From Candidatus Zixiibacteriota bacterium (GTDB lineage: Bacteria; Zixibacteria; MSB-5A5; JAABVY01; JAHJOQ01), in assembly GCA_020053015.1 (NCBI GenBank), contig JAGVNY010000167.1:1-26886 (forward strand): a stretch of 26,886 nucleotides of DNA, written 5' to 3'. Shown here piece after piece: positions 16,188-24,564 of this stretch. Both the position numbers and the translations under genes were made by a program. Below the pieces are notes generated by a model. That model did no database searches. It was not told the DNA's origin and saw only the letters and a program-made list of their open reading frames with translations. The first letter of the stretch is position 1. Each line of letters begins with the position of its first letter.

Positions 16188-16948
16188 TCTTGCCCTTTAA
16201 GCAGGTTTAGGATTCGAACTGCGGCTGTGGCCGCTCCATAGCCGCTGTCTATATTCACGACCGTTACGCCGGATGAACAAGAATTGAGCATCGACAACAA
16301 AGCCGCCAACCCCCCAAAGGAAGCCCCGTATCCGATCGAAGTGGGAACCGCGATCACGGGTTTTCCCACGAGGCCACCAACGACTGAAGCAAGCGCTCCT
16401 TCCATGCCTGCAACAACGATGAAGACGTCGAATCGATCGAACGATTCGGCTTCTGAAGTCAGGCGATGAATGCCGGCAACACCCACGTCAAAGACTCTGT
16501 GGACGTTGCAGCCCATTGCCTCGCAAGTTACAGCTGCCTCTTCTGCTACCGGTATGTCGGCGGTTCCGGCAGTCACAACCGCGACCAGACCCAAGTCCCT
16601 CTTGGCGATTCCGGTCTTGCGAATGACCGCGGTGTGCGCAATACGGTTGTGTACGGCACGGCTGAACTTCTTGCACAATGACTTCGCCGCAGCTTCCGAG
16701 ATGCGCGTGGCAAGCACTGACGATCCCCCTGTCAGCATCGACTGCGCAATCTTGATTATCTGTTCGTCGCTCTTGCCTTCGCAGAAGATAACCTCAGGCA
16801 TTCCAACTCTGAGTTCCCTGTGGGAGTCGACTCTTGCCACGCCGATGTCATGATAGGGGAAGTGCCGCAGTGCGTCCATAGCCTCATCAAGCGTTAACTG
16901 GCCGCCTTTGAGCTTACGAAGGATGTTCTTGAGATCATCTCTGTTCAT
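16184..16948 (-). CDS. larB: Nickel-pincer nucleotide cofactor biosynthesis protein LarB (PurE-like nicotinic acid adenine dinucleotide carboxylase/hydrolase).
   Basis: PurE-like core VAVVTAGTADIPVAEEAAVTCEAMGCNVHRVFDVGVAGIHRL with the about 90-aa N-terminal extension typical of LarB. 254 aa, with a 4-nt overlap to larC. Confidence 0.8.
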   Translation of the reverse strand: MNRDDLKNILRKLKGGQLTLDEAMDALRHFPYHDIGVARVDSHRELRVGMPEVIFCEGKSDEQIIKIAQSMLTGGSSVLATRISEAAAKSLCKKFSRAVHNRIAHTAVIRKTGIAKRDLGLVAVVTAGTADIPVAEEAAVTCEAMGCNVHRVFDVGVAGIHRLTSEAESFDRFDVFIVVAGMEGALASVVGGLVGKPVIAVPTSIGYGASFGGLAALLSMLNSCSSGVTVVNIDSGYGAATAAVRILNLLKGQE

Positions 16949-16949
16949 G

Positions 16950-17927
16950 TCACGCTATCTGCTTCTGCCGCGAGCCCAGATATTCATCGAAGAGATCGGT
17001 GATATCGGAGTACTGTGTGATCGAGAACATCATAGACCGGAATCTGCCGATGTCCTCCCACCCGCTCGTGAACCAAGCCAAGTGTTTGCGCATCTGGAGA
17101 ACTCCAGTTCGTTCGCCGACGTCCTCGATCAGCAAGCGAGCGAATTCGAGGCAGACATCCGACTTCTCCCGGAAAGTCGGATCTCCAGGGTCCGGAAGCC
17201 CACGCAGGACGCTGTCAACTCTCCTGAATATCCACGGCGCTCCGAGCGCTGCCCGCCCGATCATCACCAGATCGCAATCGGTCTGCTTCATCATCTCGAT
17301 CGCATCTTCCGGCGTCCAGATATCACCGTTGCCCACAACCGGGATCTTCACAGCTTCCTTCAGATCGTGTATCTTCTGCCAATCCGACTTCCCGCGAAAG
17401 CCGCATGCGCGGGTTCTTGGGTGCAATGTCAGCATTGATATGCCCGAGTCCTCGGCGAGTTTGCCTATTTCGATGTAATTGTTCGATTCGCTGTCCCAAC
17501 CGGAACGGAACTTGACGGACACCGGAATGCTCACTGAATTGACAGCGGCTTGAAATAGCGACGCTGCCAGCCCGACGTCTTTCAGCAGGGCTGCGCCGCC
17601 GCATTTGTTCACGATCTTTCTTGCGGGACATCCGAAATTGAGGTCGATCATGTCAGCTCCGTTAGCCTCGACAATGCGGCATGCCTCACTGAGCACATCG
17701 GGCCGGCAGCCAAAGAGCTGAATCGACACCGGCCTTTCCGGTTCACGTAACCGCAACATCGCCACCGTCTTACGACTCCCTCGGATGAGCCCCTCGGCTG
17801 AGATCATCTCGGACACAACGAGTGCCGCGCCGTGACGACGTGCCAGCAAGCGATACGCCGACGAGGAGATGCCGGCAAGTGGAGCCGATAGAACCCTGCC
17901 CTCCAGGGTCAAGTTTCGCAGTTTCAT
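16950..17927 (-). CDS. dus: tRNA-dihydrouridine synthase (Dus family, DusB-like).
   Basis: The FMN-binding TIM-barrel signature LNFGCPARKIV (Dus catalytic Cys motif), with SIQLFG and MIGRAALGAPWIF at the C-terminus. 325 aa. Confidence 0.9.
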   Translation of the reverse strand: MKLRNLTLEGRVLSAPLAGISSSAYRLLARRHGAALVVSEMISAEGLIRGSRKTVAMLRLREPERPVSIQLFGCRPDVLSEACRIVEANGADMIDLNFGCPARKIVNKCGGAALLKDVGLAASLFQAAVNSVSIPVSVKFRSGWDSESNNYIEIGKLAEDSGISMLTLHPRTRACGFRGKSDWQKIHDLKEAVKIPVVGNGDIWTPEDAIEMMKQTDCDLVMIGRAALGAPWIFRRVDSVLRGLPDPGDPTFREKSDVCLEFARLLIEDVGERTGVLQMRKHLAWFTSGWEDIGRFRSMMFSITQYSDITDLFDEYLGSRQKQIA

Positions 17928-17972
17928 TCCGACAATATAATCGTGCGCTGCACAGCAGGCAAGTCTAAAACG

Positions 17973-17989
17973 GACTGCAAGTTGCAGTC
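17973..17989. promoter_or_regulatory. Perfect 17-bp palindrome GACTGCAA-G-TTGCAGTC in the divergent intergenic region between dus and the FHA operon. Candidate operator for a dimeric regulator.
   Basis: Read directly: gactgcaagttgcagtc is its own reverse complement. It lies about 50 nt upstream of the FHA-gene ATG, which has an AGGAG SD 8 nt upstream. Confidence 0.4.
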
Positions 17990-18039
17990 TTGCTTGGTAT
18001 TACAGAGGTGAAAAGTAGCGCCCGGAAAGGAGCGTTGGG

Positions 18040-18732
18040 ATGCCTGAAATAGTCGTTAAGTTTGACAACAAGGTGGTAGAGCGCATCGTTACAGAGAAAG
18101 ACAGAGTTTCCATTGGGAGAACCTCGGATAATGACATCGTGCTGGACAACAGAGGGGTATCCCGCAAGCACGCGAGGATCGAGTTCAACAGCGGCGATGC
18201 TGTTGTCATTGACAACGAGAGTCTGAACGGTACCTTTGTGAATAATCGGAAGGTCAACGAAGAATCTCTGCGTGACAACGATGTGATCACTATCGGCAAG
18301 TTCAATCTTGAGTACCATGCGTCGCACGGGAGCTCCGAGAAGCTGTCCGATCATGACGGTACCATGATCCTAAATACGAAGAAGCAGCGAGAGCTTGTGG
18401 AGACTGATCGCGAGGACAAGAAGATCACGCGGCGAACCGGATGCTCCGTTCTCATCGACATTGACAGCAAAGACCGGTCAGAGCATCCCTTAGACAAGGA
18501 TATCATCACGATCGGCAAGTCCAAGTATGTGAACATTCGCTGCCGCGGCTGGCTGGTCGCAGGCATTCAGGCTAAGGTAGTGCGCGAGGGCAATTCGCTG
18601 ACACTTTACAACGTTGGTCGCAGAGATAAGACGCGCGTGAACGGCGAGTCTGTCGAACGGCATGACCTGAAGAATGGAGATATCGTCCAGGTCGGCAAGA
18701 CGGCGTTCCGTTTTGTCGAGGCGGGATCATAA
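18040..18732 (+). CDS. Tandem FHA-domain protein (two forkhead-associated phosphothreonine-binding domains).
   Basis: First FHA: VSIGRTSDNDIVLDNRGVSRKHARIEF...NGTFVNNRKV..DNDVITIGKF (G-R, S-R-x-H, NGT-x-VN signatures). Second, more degenerate FHA: IITIGKS..RGWLVAGI..TRVNGESV..GDIVQVGKTAFRF. Confidence 0.8.
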   Translation: MPEIVVKFDNKVVERIVTEKDRVSIGRTSDNDIVLDNRGVSRKHARIEFNSGDAVVIDNESLNGTFVNNRKVNEESLRDNDVITIGKFNLEYHASHGSSEKLSDHDGTMILNTKKQRELVETDREDKKITRRTGCSVLIDIDSKDRSEHPLDKDIITIGKSKYVNIRCRGWLVAGIQAKVVREGNSLTLYNVGRRDKTRVNGESVERHDLKNGDIVQVGKTAFRFVEAGS

Positions 18733-19460
18733 TGAGGATCGGCTTCTTCTCGGACGTTCACTCAAATCTCGAAGCATTGGAAGCGTGCCTCGACGATTTC
18801 AAACGCGAAAAGCTGAGCAGACTGTTCTTTCTCGGCGACGTCGTTGGGTACGGACCCGATCCAAATAGATGCGTAGAGCTTGTTGAGAAACGGTCTGAAA
18901 TCAAGCTGCTCGGAAACCATGATGCAGCAGCGATAGGGTTGTTGAGCATAGACTTCTTCAACCAATACGCTCAGCAGTCCATGGGGTACACGAGCCAGGT
19001 TCTGACTGAGAAGAACCTTAAGCGACTCAATATGTATCAAATGGAAGCATCATACGATAGATTCAAAATGGTGCACGCATGCCCAAAGAATCCATCGAGC
19101 TGGGGATATATCTTCGACCTCGAGGAGGCGGAGGAGAACTTCAAGTATTTCGAGCAGCAGGTCTGTCTCATCGGCCACAGTCACAGACCGGTCATCATTA
19201 AGAAGTACCGAACCAACAGATGCGAGGAAGCGGCGCACGATTTCGTGAAGCTCGATGACGACTACAGGTACATTATCAACATCGGAAGCGTTGGCCAGCC
19301 TCGTGATGGGGATCCGAGATCAAGTTATCTGATATATGATTCTGAGAGTCAGATAGTGCATATCAAGCGTGTGGAGTACGAATTCGAGATAACACAGGAA
19401 AAGATGAGGAAGGTTGAGTTGCCGAGGTTCCTCGTGGAAAGAATAGCCGTCGGGAAGTGA
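18732..19460 (+). CDS. Metallophosphoesterase (calcineurin-like or YfcE/MJ0936-type). By context, a candidate phosphoprotein phosphatase.
   Basis: Metallophosphatase motifs FSDVHSN (D-x-H), LGDVVGYGP (GD-x-x-G), LGNHD (GNH[DE]), LIGHSH (GH-x-H). Its ATG overlaps the FHA-gene TAA by 1 nt (TAATG). The assigned phosphatase role is inferred from its position between FHA and kinase genes. Confidence 0.7.
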   Translation: MRIGFFSDVHSNLEALEACLDDFKREKLSRLFFLGDVVGYGPDPNRCVELVEKRSEIKLLGNHDAAAIGLLSIDFFNQYAQQSMGYTSQVLTEKNLKRLNMYQMEASYDRFKMVHACPKNPSSWGYIFDLEEAEENFKYFEQQVCLIGHSHRPVIIKKYRTNRCEEAAHDFVKLDDDYRYIINIGSVGQPRDGDPRSSYLIYDSESQIVHIKRVEYEFEITQEKMRKVELPRFLVERIAVGK

Positions 19461-19463
19461 GTT

Positions 19464-21878
19464 ATGAAAGTGCGTAAGATAGAATGGCCGAAGCTCGAAG
19501 GTTTCAGGCTTAAGGGTGGTACCTCGTTCGTGCGTCAGCGTCCGGGATTGGTTCTCTATTTGCTAATGACCCTGTTTGTGGCAGCTCTCTGTCTGAATCA
19601 AACAACCGGATTCGAGGTGTTCGAATCGCGTGTCCTTGACCTGATGTTCAGAATCAGGGGCGCGTCAAACCCTTCAGGCGAAGTCGTGATTCTCGGAATC
19701 GACGACAAGTCGTTGAAGAGCCTTGGCGAGTGGCCGTGGGGTCATCAGCGGCTTGCACAAATGTTCGAAGCGTTGACGTACTACAGGCCCAAGTGCGTAC
19801 TCTATCAGCCTGCGATTGAAGATCGCATCGATGACTATCAGTCAGGCATGTCCCAGCTTCTCGCGGAGAACATTTTGCAATCAGGGAACATCGTGCTGTC
19901 GTTTCCGACCGTTTTGGCGGAGCGAACCCCTGCCACCGGCACAGCGCCTCGATGGATGAGAAAGTCGAGTTTGGCTACGATACTGCCGTTCGAGGCAGAG
20001 GATATTCCGCGCGCGTCTCGAATCGATCTGCCTGACTCGATCTTCGGAAAAGCCGCAGCGCTTGCAGGGGCCTCTATGACGCTTTTCGATCCGGATAGAT
20101 CAGTCAGAAAACAGCCTTTGATTATGAGATTCGAGCGAGGATGCTATCCATCGGCTGAGCTTGCTGCTGCATCTATGGCTTTGGACCTGTCGCTTGATGC
20201 GCTGCAGTTTGATGAAGATGACCTGATCCTTTCTCTAAGCGACCGGCAGATACCCGTTGACTACGAATGCAACTACTTGATAGACTATTACGGCGGCTCA
20301 GGCCGGTTCCCCTACTATTCCGTCAAGGACTTCTGGGATGGCGAGCTGCAGATAGACAAACTGAAAGGCAGGACTGTTGTGATTGCCCTCACAGCTCCCA
20401 GCCTTGCAGATAAGCTCCCGATGTCTTTTGATGATGGACTGTCTCCAGCGGAGAAGTCCGCCACGATAGTCGACAACATAATCACCGACAGGTTCATTTC
20501 GCCGATGAATGCGCAAACCGACACTGAGATAGCCATTATTTTTGTGATAGGGGTGTTATGCGCATTGATAGTTCCGCGAGTCCCCCTTGTGTATCGCTAC
20601 GTCACGCTTGTGGCCGCGGCGTTTGCGGTAGTGGCTTTCGGCTTCGTGATGTTCACTTCCTTCCACACTCACGCGAGGATTGTGTATCCGTCGATTGAAG
20701 TTCTTCTGTTCGCACTCGTGGCGCCTCTCGCTTCCACCGCGAGGTCCCTCACGAAATCGAGCCAGAAGGCGGGTGAACCTGCCGCAACGGCCACGGCGGA
20801 GCAGCACACAACTAAGGCAAAGGCCGAAGCGATGCACACGCAGGATGAGTTGCGAAAGCAAAGCACGGAGGTACCCGCAGAGACGTCTCACTCGGAAACG
20901 GATATGGTTCCCGAAGATCCGACCGGGCAGTTTGAACACTCTCCTCGCCTTTTTGAGACGGAAGAGCAACAGGCTGCCCAGGATGCCTTGGCCGCGCTGA
21001 AGGAGTACAAACATCCATCTTCAACCGACAAAACGCCGTTGGCCTTCGGTCGATATCAAGTGATAGAAACCCTCGGCCGGGGAGCAATGGGAACGGTGTA
21101 CAAAGGTAAAGATCCGGCGATTGACCGACTCGTTGCGTTGAAGACTATACGCCTGGACAAGATTGCCGATGCATCGGAGATAGATGAGTTGCGTGAGCGC
21201 TTGACGCGTGAAGCCAAAGCTGCCGGCAATTTGTCCCACCCGAATATTGTGACGATCTACGACGTCGGACAGGACGGTGACGTTCAGTACATCGCGATGG
21301 AGTACCTTGAAGGCTACACGCTGGAACAGATTATCGCGAGAAAGCTTGAGCTGAACTTCAGAATTGCAGCTAACATAGTTCTTCAGGTTTGCTCTGCGCT
21401 GTCTTATGCGCACAGGCACAACATAGTACACCGCGACATCAAGCCTGCGAACATCATGGTGCTCGACGGCTTCCACATCAAAGTCATGGATTTCGGAATC
21501 GCACATTTCGAATCGTCAAGTCTCACGAAGACCGGCATCGCGATGGGCACGCCGAACTACATATCACCCGAACAGCTTCGGGGAGAAGAAGTGACCAAGT
21601 CGTCGGACATCTTCTCTCTCGGCGTTGTGTTCTATGAGATATTGACCGGCAAGAAGCCTTTCACGGGCGACAATATATCTAATATCATCATGAAGATTCT
21701 CGAGGAAGACCCTCCGGTACCATCGACATACAGCGAGAAGATCCCGCCGATGTTCGATATTATCGTGAAGAAGGCGCTGAAGAAGAACCCGTACGACAGA
21801 TATCACTCTGCGGACGAAATGTCGCGGGCGCTCGAAGACATAGTCGGCGCGTTCGCACCCAAGAAAGCAACATACTGA
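19464..21878 (+). CDS. CHASE2 sensor-domain membrane Ser/Thr protein kinase (Hanks-type).
   Basis: N-terminal CHASE2 pattern VVILGIDDKSLKSLGEWPWGHQRLAQMFEAL, followed by hydrophobic TM segments. The C-terminal kinase domain has YQVIETLGRGAMGTVYKG (Gly-rich loop), VALKTI (Lys), HRDIKPANIMV (catalytic loop), DFGIA and GTPNYISPE. Confidence 0.85.
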   Translation: MKVRKIEWPKLEGFRLKGGTSFVRQRPGLVLYLLMTLFVAALCLNQTTGFEVFESRVLDLMFRIRGASNPSGEVVILGIDDKSLKSLGEWPWGHQRLAQMFEALTYYRPKCVLYQPAIEDRIDDYQSGMSQLLAENILQSGNIVLSFPTVLAERTPATGTAPRWMRKSSLATILPFEAEDIPRASRIDLPDSIFGKAAALAGASMTLFDPDRSVRKQPLIMRFERGCYPSAELAAASMALDLSLDALQFDEDDLILSLSDRQIPVDYECNYLIDYYGGSGRFPYYSVKDFWDGELQIDKLKGRTVVIALTAPSLADKLPMSFDDGLSPAEKSATIVDNIITDRFISPMNAQTDTEIAIIFVIGVLCALIVPRVPLVYRYVTLVAAAFAVVAFGFVMFTSFHTHARIVYPSIEVLLFALVAPLASTARSLTKSSQKAGEPAATATAEQHTTKAKAEAMHTQDELRKQSTEVPAETSHSETDMVPEDPTGQFEHSPRLFETEEQQAAQDALAALKEYKHPSSTDKTPLAFGRYQVIETLGRGAMGTVYKGKDPAIDRLVALKTIRLDKIADASEIDELRERLTREAKAAGNLSHPNIVTIYDVGQDGDVQYIAMEYLEGYTLEQIIARKLELNFRIAANIVLQVCSALSYAHRHNIVHRDIKPANIMVLDGFHIKVMDFGIAHFESSSLTKTGIAMGTPNYISPEQLRGEEVTKSSDIFSLGVVFYEILTGKKPFTGDNISNIIMKILEEDPPVPSTYSEKIPPMFDIIVKKALKKNPYDRYHSADEMSRALEDIVGAFAPKKATY

Positions 21879-21902
21879 TCGAACGATTTGCAGCGGAGTG
21901 AT

Positions 21903-21931
21903 GAGGGCGCGGGGGATTACTTCTCGCCCTC
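21903..21931 (+). terminator. Hairpin (7-bp stem GAGGGCG/CGCCCTC, 15-nt loop) followed by a moderately U-rich stretch, just after the kinase gene stop. Candidate terminator for the FHA-MPP-STK operon.
   Basis: Inverted repeat read directly. The downstream sequence GGGGTTGATTATCTCTTC is T-rich. The hairpin overlaps the 3' end of the convergent 147-aa gene. Confidence 0.3.
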
Positions 21932-22360
21932 GGGGTTGATTATCTCTTCAGCAAGCGACATTGCTACGCCGGAAAGCATGACTTCCACGCCGAGCTTCGT
22001 GAAATCAGACGAAATCAGGTCACGCGAGATATTGGCGTATAGCGAGCAGGCGGCCTCTTTTTCCACCACCAAGCCGGAAATGAAGCCAGCGTTCTCTCCG
22101 ACGAATGTGACCTCGCCCAACTCTTCGGAAGAGACGAATCCGGAGCAGTTGTGAAGCTGCAGGTGAGTGGCGCCCGTGTACACTACCACCATTGAGCCTT
22201 TCTTCTTGCCCAGCGTGACCTCCGGATAGACCTCCAGAACGAGCATTCGCTTCACCTGCTCGGCCACCACCTTCAGCCTATAATGATCCGACTGCCATTC
22301 TACAACATCTGCGCCGATGATTCTCGCGATCTCGTCGACCTGTGTCTTCTCGAACTTCAT
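21917..22360 (-). CDS. Hypothetical protein, 147 aa, with no recognisable motif.
   Basis: Long ORF with a 1-nt start/stop overlap to tatA on the same strand. No signal peptide or TM segment seen. Confidence 0.45.
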   Translation of the reverse strand: MKFEKTQVDEIARIIGADVVEWQSDHYRLKVVAEQVKRMLVLEVYPEVTLGKKKGSMVVVYTGATHLQLHNCSGFVSSEELGEVTFVGENAGFISGLVVEKEAACSLYANISRDLISSDFTKLGVEVMLSGVAMSLAEEIINPEGEK

Positions 22361-22578
22361 TATTTCCCGATGCCCTTTTTGTCTGAATTGCTCTGAGTCG
22401 TCCCGGAGTCGCCCGGCTTGCTTATCTCATCCTGAGTCTCTTTCATTGCTTTCTTGAACTCGCGGATTCCCTTGCCCAAACCTTGGGCGATGTCGGGAAT
22501 GCGGCGAGCGCCGAAGAGCAGAAGCACGACGAGAAATATGAGAAGAAGCTCCTGAAGTCCTACGCTACCACCAAACAT
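22360..22578 (-). CDS. tatA: Twin-arginine translocase subunit TatA/E.
   Basis: Single N-terminal TM helix followed by an amphipathic helix: LLIFLVVLLLFGARRIPDIAQGLGKGIREFKKA (the FG..++LP...+.LG motif). A GAGGAGG SD sits 7 nt upstream of the ATG. Confidence 0.9.
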   Translation of the reverse strand: MFGGSVGLQELLLIFLVVLLLFGARRIPDIAQGLGKGIREFKKAMKETQDEISKPGDSGTTQSNSDKKGIGK

Positions 22579-22603
22579 AATGGCCTCCTCGCCAACATGT
22601 ATT

Positions 22604-22870
22604 CTAAATATACCACCAGCGGAAGTATATCAGCACGAAAATGACGAACAGCACACTCATGAAATTAACCCGGAACATGAAGCCCACCGTGAAACTTAAC
22701 GCGAAAAAGTCGACTTTTGTTGCATCGAATCCGACCTCGACGGTCTTGCCAAAAATGAGCTTCGCCGAGCCTTCCGGCAGGAATCCACTGATTACGTTGC
22801 CGATCAAACCGCCGAACACCGCCGCAGTGACTATTGAGACGATAAGAAATGTAATCTCGCGGCTCTTCAT
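22604..22870 (-). CDS. Small membrane protein, DUF4321-like.
   Basis: 88 aa with two TM segments, GNVISGFLPEG and a C-terminal IYFRWWYI tail. This resembles my recollection of DUF4321-family small proteins (ending ...YFFRW). It overlaps purQ by 4 nt. Confidence 0.45.
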   Translation of the reverse strand: MKSREITFLIVSIVTAAVFGGLIGNVISGFLPEGSAKLIFGKTVEVGFDATKVDFFALSFTVGFMFRVNFMSVLFVIFVLIYFRWWYI

Positions 22871-23571
22871 GCCGAAACCCTCTGTCGGAAATGCTGCCTT
22901 AAGGAAGCGAAGAGACGGAGTCCGTCAGCGCTTCCCAGTATGGACTCGACACATCTCTCCGGGTGGGGCATCATTCCAAAGACATTTCTTGCTTCGTTGC
23001 AGATCCCCGCAATGGAATCGAGTGAACCGTTCGGATTGGCCGAATCGACCATCTCACCGTTTCTCGTGCAATATCGAAACAGAATCTGATCCTGTTCTTT
23101 CATCCTGTCCAAAGCGCGCTTGTCTACAAAGTAGTTTCCATCGGAATGGGCGACTGGTATCCGGAGAGTGTCGCCTCTTTCGAGTTCTCGAGTTATGGCG
23201 CTATTCGTGCTCTCCACTCTCAGGTAGATGTGGCCGCAAACGAACCTGAGTCCACGGTTGCGGAGCATCGCTCCGGGTAGCAGACCGGATTCAAGCAGTA
23301 TCTGGAATCCGTTGCAGATACCCCATACTGTGCCGCCGCTCTTCGCGAAAGAGATCACTTCTTTCATTATCGGTGAGAAACGGGCGATAGCTCCGGTCCT
23401 CAGATAGTCGCCGTAGGAGAACCCACCCGGCAGGATGATTACATCGCAATTCCTAAGATCGGAGTCCGCATGCCAGAGGAATTCAACGTCCTCGCCCAGA
23501 ATGAACTTCGCCGCTGCATATGCGTCATAGTCGCAGTTTGAGCCCGGAAACGTGATGACTCCGAATTTCAT
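22867..23571 (-). CDS. purQ: Phosphoribosylformylglycinamidine synthase subunit PurQ (glutaminase).
   Basis: MKFGVITFPGSNCDYD N-terminus, GICNGFQ (catalytic Cys of the class-I glutamine amidotransferase) and a C-terminal HPE. Confidence 0.95.
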   Translation of the reverse strand: MKFGVITFPGSNCDYDAYAAAKFILGEDVEFLWHADSDLRNCDVIILPGGFSYGDYLRTGAIARFSPIMKEVISFAKSGGTVWGICNGFQILLESGLLPGAMLRNRGLRFVCGHIYLRVESTNSAITRELERGDTLRIPVAHSDGNYFVDKRALDRMKEQDQILFRYCTRNGEMVDSANPNGSLDSIAGICNEARNVFGMMPHPERCVESILGSADGLRLFASLRQHFRQRVSA

Positions 23572-23810
23572 TCAATGACCTCGATGGTGTACTTCTCGAT
23601 CACCGGGTTAGCAAGCAGCCTCCGGCACATCTCTTCGACCCGAGTCTTCGCCGATGCTGAACCGTCTGCATCGACGTCGAGCGTAAATATCCTGCCCGAT
23701 CTGACGCTTCCAACTTCCGGGTAACCCATGTCGACAAGCGCGTTGCGTATAGTAACACCCTGCGGATCGAGAACACCGTCCTTTAATTCAACTCTCACTG
23801 TCGCTTTCAT
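23568..23810 (-). CDS. purS: Phosphoribosylformylglycinamidine synthase subunit PurS.
   Basis: MKATVRVELKDGVLDPQGVTIRNAL matches the PurS fold signature (VLDPQG). The start is probably the internal ATG at 23810 (M9 of the listed ORF). It overlaps purQ by 4 nt. Confidence 0.9.
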   Translation of the reverse strand: MKATVRVELKDGVLDPQGVTIRNALVDMGYPEVGSVRSGRIFTLDVDADGSASAKTRVEEMCRRLLANPVIEKYTIEVIE

Positions 23811-24564
23811 CGTAATCCTGATGTGTCTTCGCAAGTATCCCGTTATCAGAGTTTCTGAACCAGCCCTGGTCCCTCCTGAACACAGACCCTATCTCCCGCA
23901 CGACGCACAGCAACACATATGCGAGAATTGCGGGAAACAGCACCAATCTCGGCTTCACAATTAACGCTATACAAAATCCAAACAAAAGCAAAAATTTGAT
24001 TCGATTCTCGCCTGTCCTGAGGTTCTCCGGGAAGGTCTCATACGTGACGCCGGAGACCATCAGGGCGGAAACGCCCGCGACCATCGCGATCAAGAACTCA
24101 CGGTACTCTATCTTGTCCCATAGATCGTAGCAGAAGATTACATACGAAATCAGCAACAATGATGCAACCGGAACCGGCATGCCGTAGAACTTCCGCTTTT
24201 CTTCGATACTCGCCATGAGGTTGAATCGGGCCAGTCTGTATCCCGATGCCATCACGTATACGCTGGAAATAACCCATCCCCAGCGGCCCATCGAGTTAAA
24301 CTCGAAAGCATGAAGCAGTACGCCGGTGGCAACGCCGAATGTCAGAAAATCGGAAAAGGAGTCAAGTTCGATACCGAAGCGTGAAGAAACCTTGGACAGC
24401 CTCGCAACCCTGCCGTCCAGGCTGTCGAGGAATGCGCCGAGGACGATCATCCATGCAGCCGTGACCGCGTTGCCCTCAAGCGAGGATAGAATAGACAGAA
24501 ACCCGCAAAGCATATTCCCCATCGTGAATGAATTCGGGAACAGGCTGCGGTAGTTTCTTGTCAC
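23788..24564 (-). CDS. pssA: CDP-alcohol phosphatidyltransferase, probably CDP-diacylglycerol--serine O-phosphatidyltransferase (PssA).
   Basis: PNSFTMGNMLCG N-terminus and the CDP-OH transferase motif DSLDGRVARLSKVSSRFGIELDSFSD (D-G-x2-A-R...G-x3-D-x3-D). The PssA assignment rather than PgsA is inferred from the overlapping psd gene. Confidence 0.7.
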   Translation of the reverse strand: MTRNYRSLFPNSFTMGNMLCGFLSILSSLEGNAVTAAWMIVLGAFLDSLDGRVARLSKVSSRFGIELDSFSDFLTFGVATGVLLHAFEFNSMGRWGWVISSVYVMASGYRLARFNLMASIEEKRKFYGMPVPVASLLLISYVIFCYDLWDKIEYREFLIAMVAGVSALMVSGVTYETFPENLRTGENRIKFLLLFGFCIALIVKPRLVLFPAILAYVLLCVVREIGSVFRRDQGWFRNSDNGILAKTHQDYDESDSES

